A stretch of DNA of 32,000 nt, from NCBI RefSeq assembly GCF_021378375.1, contig NZ_CP076228.1, forward strand, positions 990,001-1,022,000, read 5' to 3'. This document shows, in pieces, positions 29,612 to 32,000 of this stretch. Position numbers and translations under genes: made by a program. Source of the DNA: Wolbachia endosymbiont of Drosophila innubila (GTDB taxonomy: Bacteria > Pseudomonadota > Alphaproteobacteria > Rickettsiales > Anaplasmataceae). The notes beneath the pieces were generated by a model. That model had not been told where the DNA came from. It ran no database searches and saw only the letters and a program-made list of their open reading frames with translations. Position 1 is the stretch's first letter; every line of letters begins with the position of its first letter.

Positions 29612-29914
29612 ATGGCAAGAGAATATACGGCAGAATTCAAATTGGAAGCTGTTAAACTGGCAAATGAACAAAGAAAGGCAGGTCAAACAATTACAAAAAT
29701 AGCAAAGGATTTAGGAATAAAGGGTGGTTTATTAGGAAAATGGATAAAGAAACACAACGAAAAAAAGTCGGCAGCAGATGCATTTCCAGGTAGAGGTAAC
29801 ATGGCTCCTTACGACAAAGAGAGGTTTGATTTACAAAGCAAGAGTAACAAGGGAAAGAGACATTTAAAAAAAAGCCCTAGCCAGTCAAAAAGAGTAAAAT
29901 ATTTTTTTATATAG
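29612..29914 (+). CDS. IS3-family transposase orfA (HTH protein)
   Basis: MAREYTAEFKLEAVKLANEQRKAGQTITKIAKDLGIKGGLLGKWIKKHNEKK: typical orfA helix-turn-helix. The C-terminal tail may be altered by a frameshift. Confidence 0.85.
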   Translation: MAREYTAEFKLEAVKLANEQRKAGQTITKIAKDLGIKGGLLGKWIKKHNEKKSAADAFPGRGNMAPYDKERFDLQSKSNKGKRHLKKSPSQSKRVKYFFI

Positions 29915-30660
29915 TAACTGCTATAAAGTACAGGAATTATGTAGGATTTTCTGCTAGTGGCTACTATAAGTGGACCACAAGAAAAATAAGCAGTAGAGAA
30001 TCAGCAAATAAAGAGCTACTCGCAGCTATTCAAAAATATATCAAGTTTCTAAATGTAGATATGGAGCTCCTAAAATTCATGCTGAATTGAAGGCTTTGGG
30101 TAAAAGTTGCAATTTGAAAACGGTGCAAAGTATTATGCAGAAAAATGACATCAGGGCTATACTGAGAAGAAAGTTTAAAATTAAAAAACAACAAACAGAT
30201 AATAGAGCTGTAGCTCCCAATATACTAGATCAAAACTTTATTGTTGATCAACCAAATAAAGTATGGGATTACTTACATCAAAACCAAGGAGGGATGGCTA
30301 TATTTGGCAGCAATAATTCTCACGTATGGTAGTTAATGAGTAGTGCAATAAATAAACAATTGGTTATGAACTCTTTATTAATGGCCATTAATAGGCGTAA
30401 ACCTGTTAAAAATCTACTGCTGCACAGTGACCAAGGTTCACAATATACTGCGCAAGGGTATCAATATCTCTTAGCTGTAAAGAATATAGATGAGTAATAA
30501 AGGCTGTTGTTACGACAATTCTGTTGCAGAAAGCTTCTTTAGCTCATTGAAAAGAGAAATACTTATTGATACTTCACAACACTCTGCTCAACAAACTAGA
30601 ACTGCAATATTTGAATACATAGAAATTTTTTATAACAAACAACGTCACTATTAACTATTG
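29915..30660 (+). pseudogene. IS3-family transposase orfB (DDE integrase) remnant with several stops, frameshifts and a small internal deletion
   Basis: Fragments in different frames: LCRIF*, SGYYKWTTRKISS, LKALGKSCNLKTVQSIMQKNDIRAILRRKFKIKKQQTDNRAVAPNILDQNFIVDQPNKVWDYLHQNQGG, INRRKPVKNLLLHSDQGSQY, GCCYDNSVAESFFSSLKRE. Confidence 0.88.
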
Positions 30661-30868
30661 CATTCCAGAACAATTTGATGCATCATTCTTTTTGTAAAAA
30701 ACATTCCACACTTTCTCTCCACTTTTTCTGGGTAAGGTCATATGTGTACATCCCCATCATGAATGCTATTTTCGGTAAAATCTCTTACAACGCTCAAAAG
30801 CAGAAAAACAAAAACTTGATTTTCTCAGCTAAATAGTGGACCATCAAAAGCACGCATAAATATCTACA

Positions 30869-32000
30869 ATGAAAGAAAAAACTTTCACAATCATCGATGG
30901 CTATGGTTTTCTTTTCAGAGCTTACTATGTACTACCTCACTTAATTACCACAACAGGAATGCCAATAGGTGGTGTATATGGCTTTCTGAATATGGTTCTT
31001 AAGTACATTGCCCATTCGGACTACTTAACTATAGCACTTGATGCAGGGAAAAAGAATTTTAGGCACAATTTATATCCTGAGTACAAAGCGAACAGAGTAA
31101 CGCCTCCTGAGGATCTAACTCCACAGTTCACCATACTGAGGGAAGCGGTAGAAGCTTTTAACCTCAGCTATGAAGAGATTGAAGGTTATGAAGCAGATGA
31201 TATAATTGCAACACTAGCTGCAAAATACGCCAACCACCAAGACTTTAAAGTGGTAGTCGTTTCATCAGATAAAGATTTATTTCAACTCTTGAACCACAAT
31301 ATTTTAATATTCGACCCCATTAAAAATATATATATAGATGAAAAACAAGTAATAGAAAAATTTGGCGTAAACTCACACAAGCTTCTTGATTTATTTTCTC
31401 TAACTGGTGATGCATCTGACAACATTCCAGGCGTTCCGGGAATAGGTCCGAAGACTGCAGCTAAATTACTAGATGAATTTGATTCATTGAATAATATTAT
31501 AGAGAACATTGATAACATCGAGCAAACGAGGATTCGTAATATTCTTGCTGAACATAAGGAAAAAGCGCTAATTTCAAGAGAACTTTTATCACTATGCGAA
31601 AAAGTAGACCTTCAACATGATATTGCAAAATGTGAAGTTCGCCCTCCAAAGATGGAAAAACTATTATCCTTTTTAAAGAAGTATGAATTCAATTCCTTGA
31701 TAGGGAAAGTGGAAAAGCTTTTTTCCTATAGTGGGTCTAGCACAGAAGAAAAAATAGAGTATAGTAGTGAAGAGTTAGAGAAATTTTTAGAGCATTGTAG
31801 ATATGAAGGCAAAATTGCAATTCATTACCACCTTGAAAACAATGTATTAAGTCTATCTTATAGCGAAAGTAATATTTTTTATATAGAGCAAGACAGCATA
31901 CAAGATGCACTCATTATAATTAACTTAACTTTGCTCTCAAATGGAGTGCTTAAAATAATACATAACATTAAAGAGATCAGGAAAATCTTCCCTGCAATAG
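30869..32000 (+). CDS. polA: DNA polymerase I, N-terminal part (5'-3' exonuclease domain), truncated at the window edge
   Basis: Open from ATG 30869 to the window end: FTIIDGYGFLFRAYYVLP, GFLNMVLKYI, ALDAGKKNFRHNLYPEYKANR, EGYEADDIIATLA, VVVSSDKDLFQLL, GDASDNIPGVPGIGPKTAAKLL. Confidence 0.95.
   Translation, partial: MKEKTFTIIDGYGFLFRAYYVLPHLITTTGMPIGGVYGFLNMVLKYIAHSDYLTIALDAGKKNFRHNLYPEYKANRVTPPEDLTPQFTILREAVEAFNLSYEEIEGYEADDIIATLAAKYANHQDFKVVVVSSDKDLFQLLNHNILIFDPIKNIYIDEKQVIEKFGVNSHKLLDLFSLTGDASDNIPGVPGIGPKTAAKLLDEFDSLNNIIENIDNIEQTRIRNILAEHKEKALISRELLSLCEKVDLQHDIAKCEVRPPKMEKLLSFLKKYEFNSLIGKVEKLFSYSGSSTEEKIEYSSEELEKFLEHCRYEGKIAIHYHLENNVLSLSYSESNIFYIEQDSIQDALIIINLTLLSNGVLKIIHNIKEIRKIFPAI

Larger units (their letters stand above)
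29541..30740 (+). mobile_element. degenerate IS3-family insertion sequence, about 1.2 kb
   Basis: Perfect 30-bp terminal inverted repeats: TGACCTTACCCAGAAAAAGTGGAGAGAAAG at 29541-29570 and its reverse complement at 30711-30740. Internal orfA (29612-29914) and broken orfB containing HSDQGSQYTAQGYQYLL and CCYDNSVAESFFSSLKREI...TAIFEYIEIFYNKQRH. Confidence 0.93.

Overview
This 32 kb window has the gene content and very AT-rich composition of a Wolbachia-type (Anaplasmataceae, Rickettsiales) chromosome. That assignment is inferred from recognised protein families and sequence character, not from a database search. Most of it is housekeeping: aspartate aminotransferase, hemE, a CBS-domain (TlyC/CorC-like) protein, purM, purC, purQ, trmD-rplS, pstA, an LD-carboxypeptidase, lipB, an AsmA-like protein, murJ, tRNA-His(GUG), mnmG, an aminopeptidase P, an alpha/beta hydrolase, an NAD-dependent epimerase and the 5' part of polA. 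The accessory or unusual content is: (1) a tandem pair of MFS transporter genes, the second frameshifted, sharing a nearly identical 77-nt 5' segment; (2) a probable ChpT-like histidine phosphotransferase gene split by a shift at an A9 tract; (3) a terminase large subunit and an HK97-type portal gene lying alone among host genes, resembling gene-transfer-agent or relict prophage parts; (4) a RelB/RelE-like toxin-antitoxin module whose toxin has no ATG/GTG/TTG start and is missing from the ORF track; (5) a degenerate IS3-family element bounded by perfect 30-bp inverted repeats; (6) at least two families of dispersed palindromic (REP-like) repeats at several intergenic sites. I see no CRISPR array, no cif-type genes and no complete prophage. 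I do not see strong evidence for a wholly new biological system. The best leads are the split ChpT homolog, the orphan phage/GTA genes and the palindromic repeat arrays.
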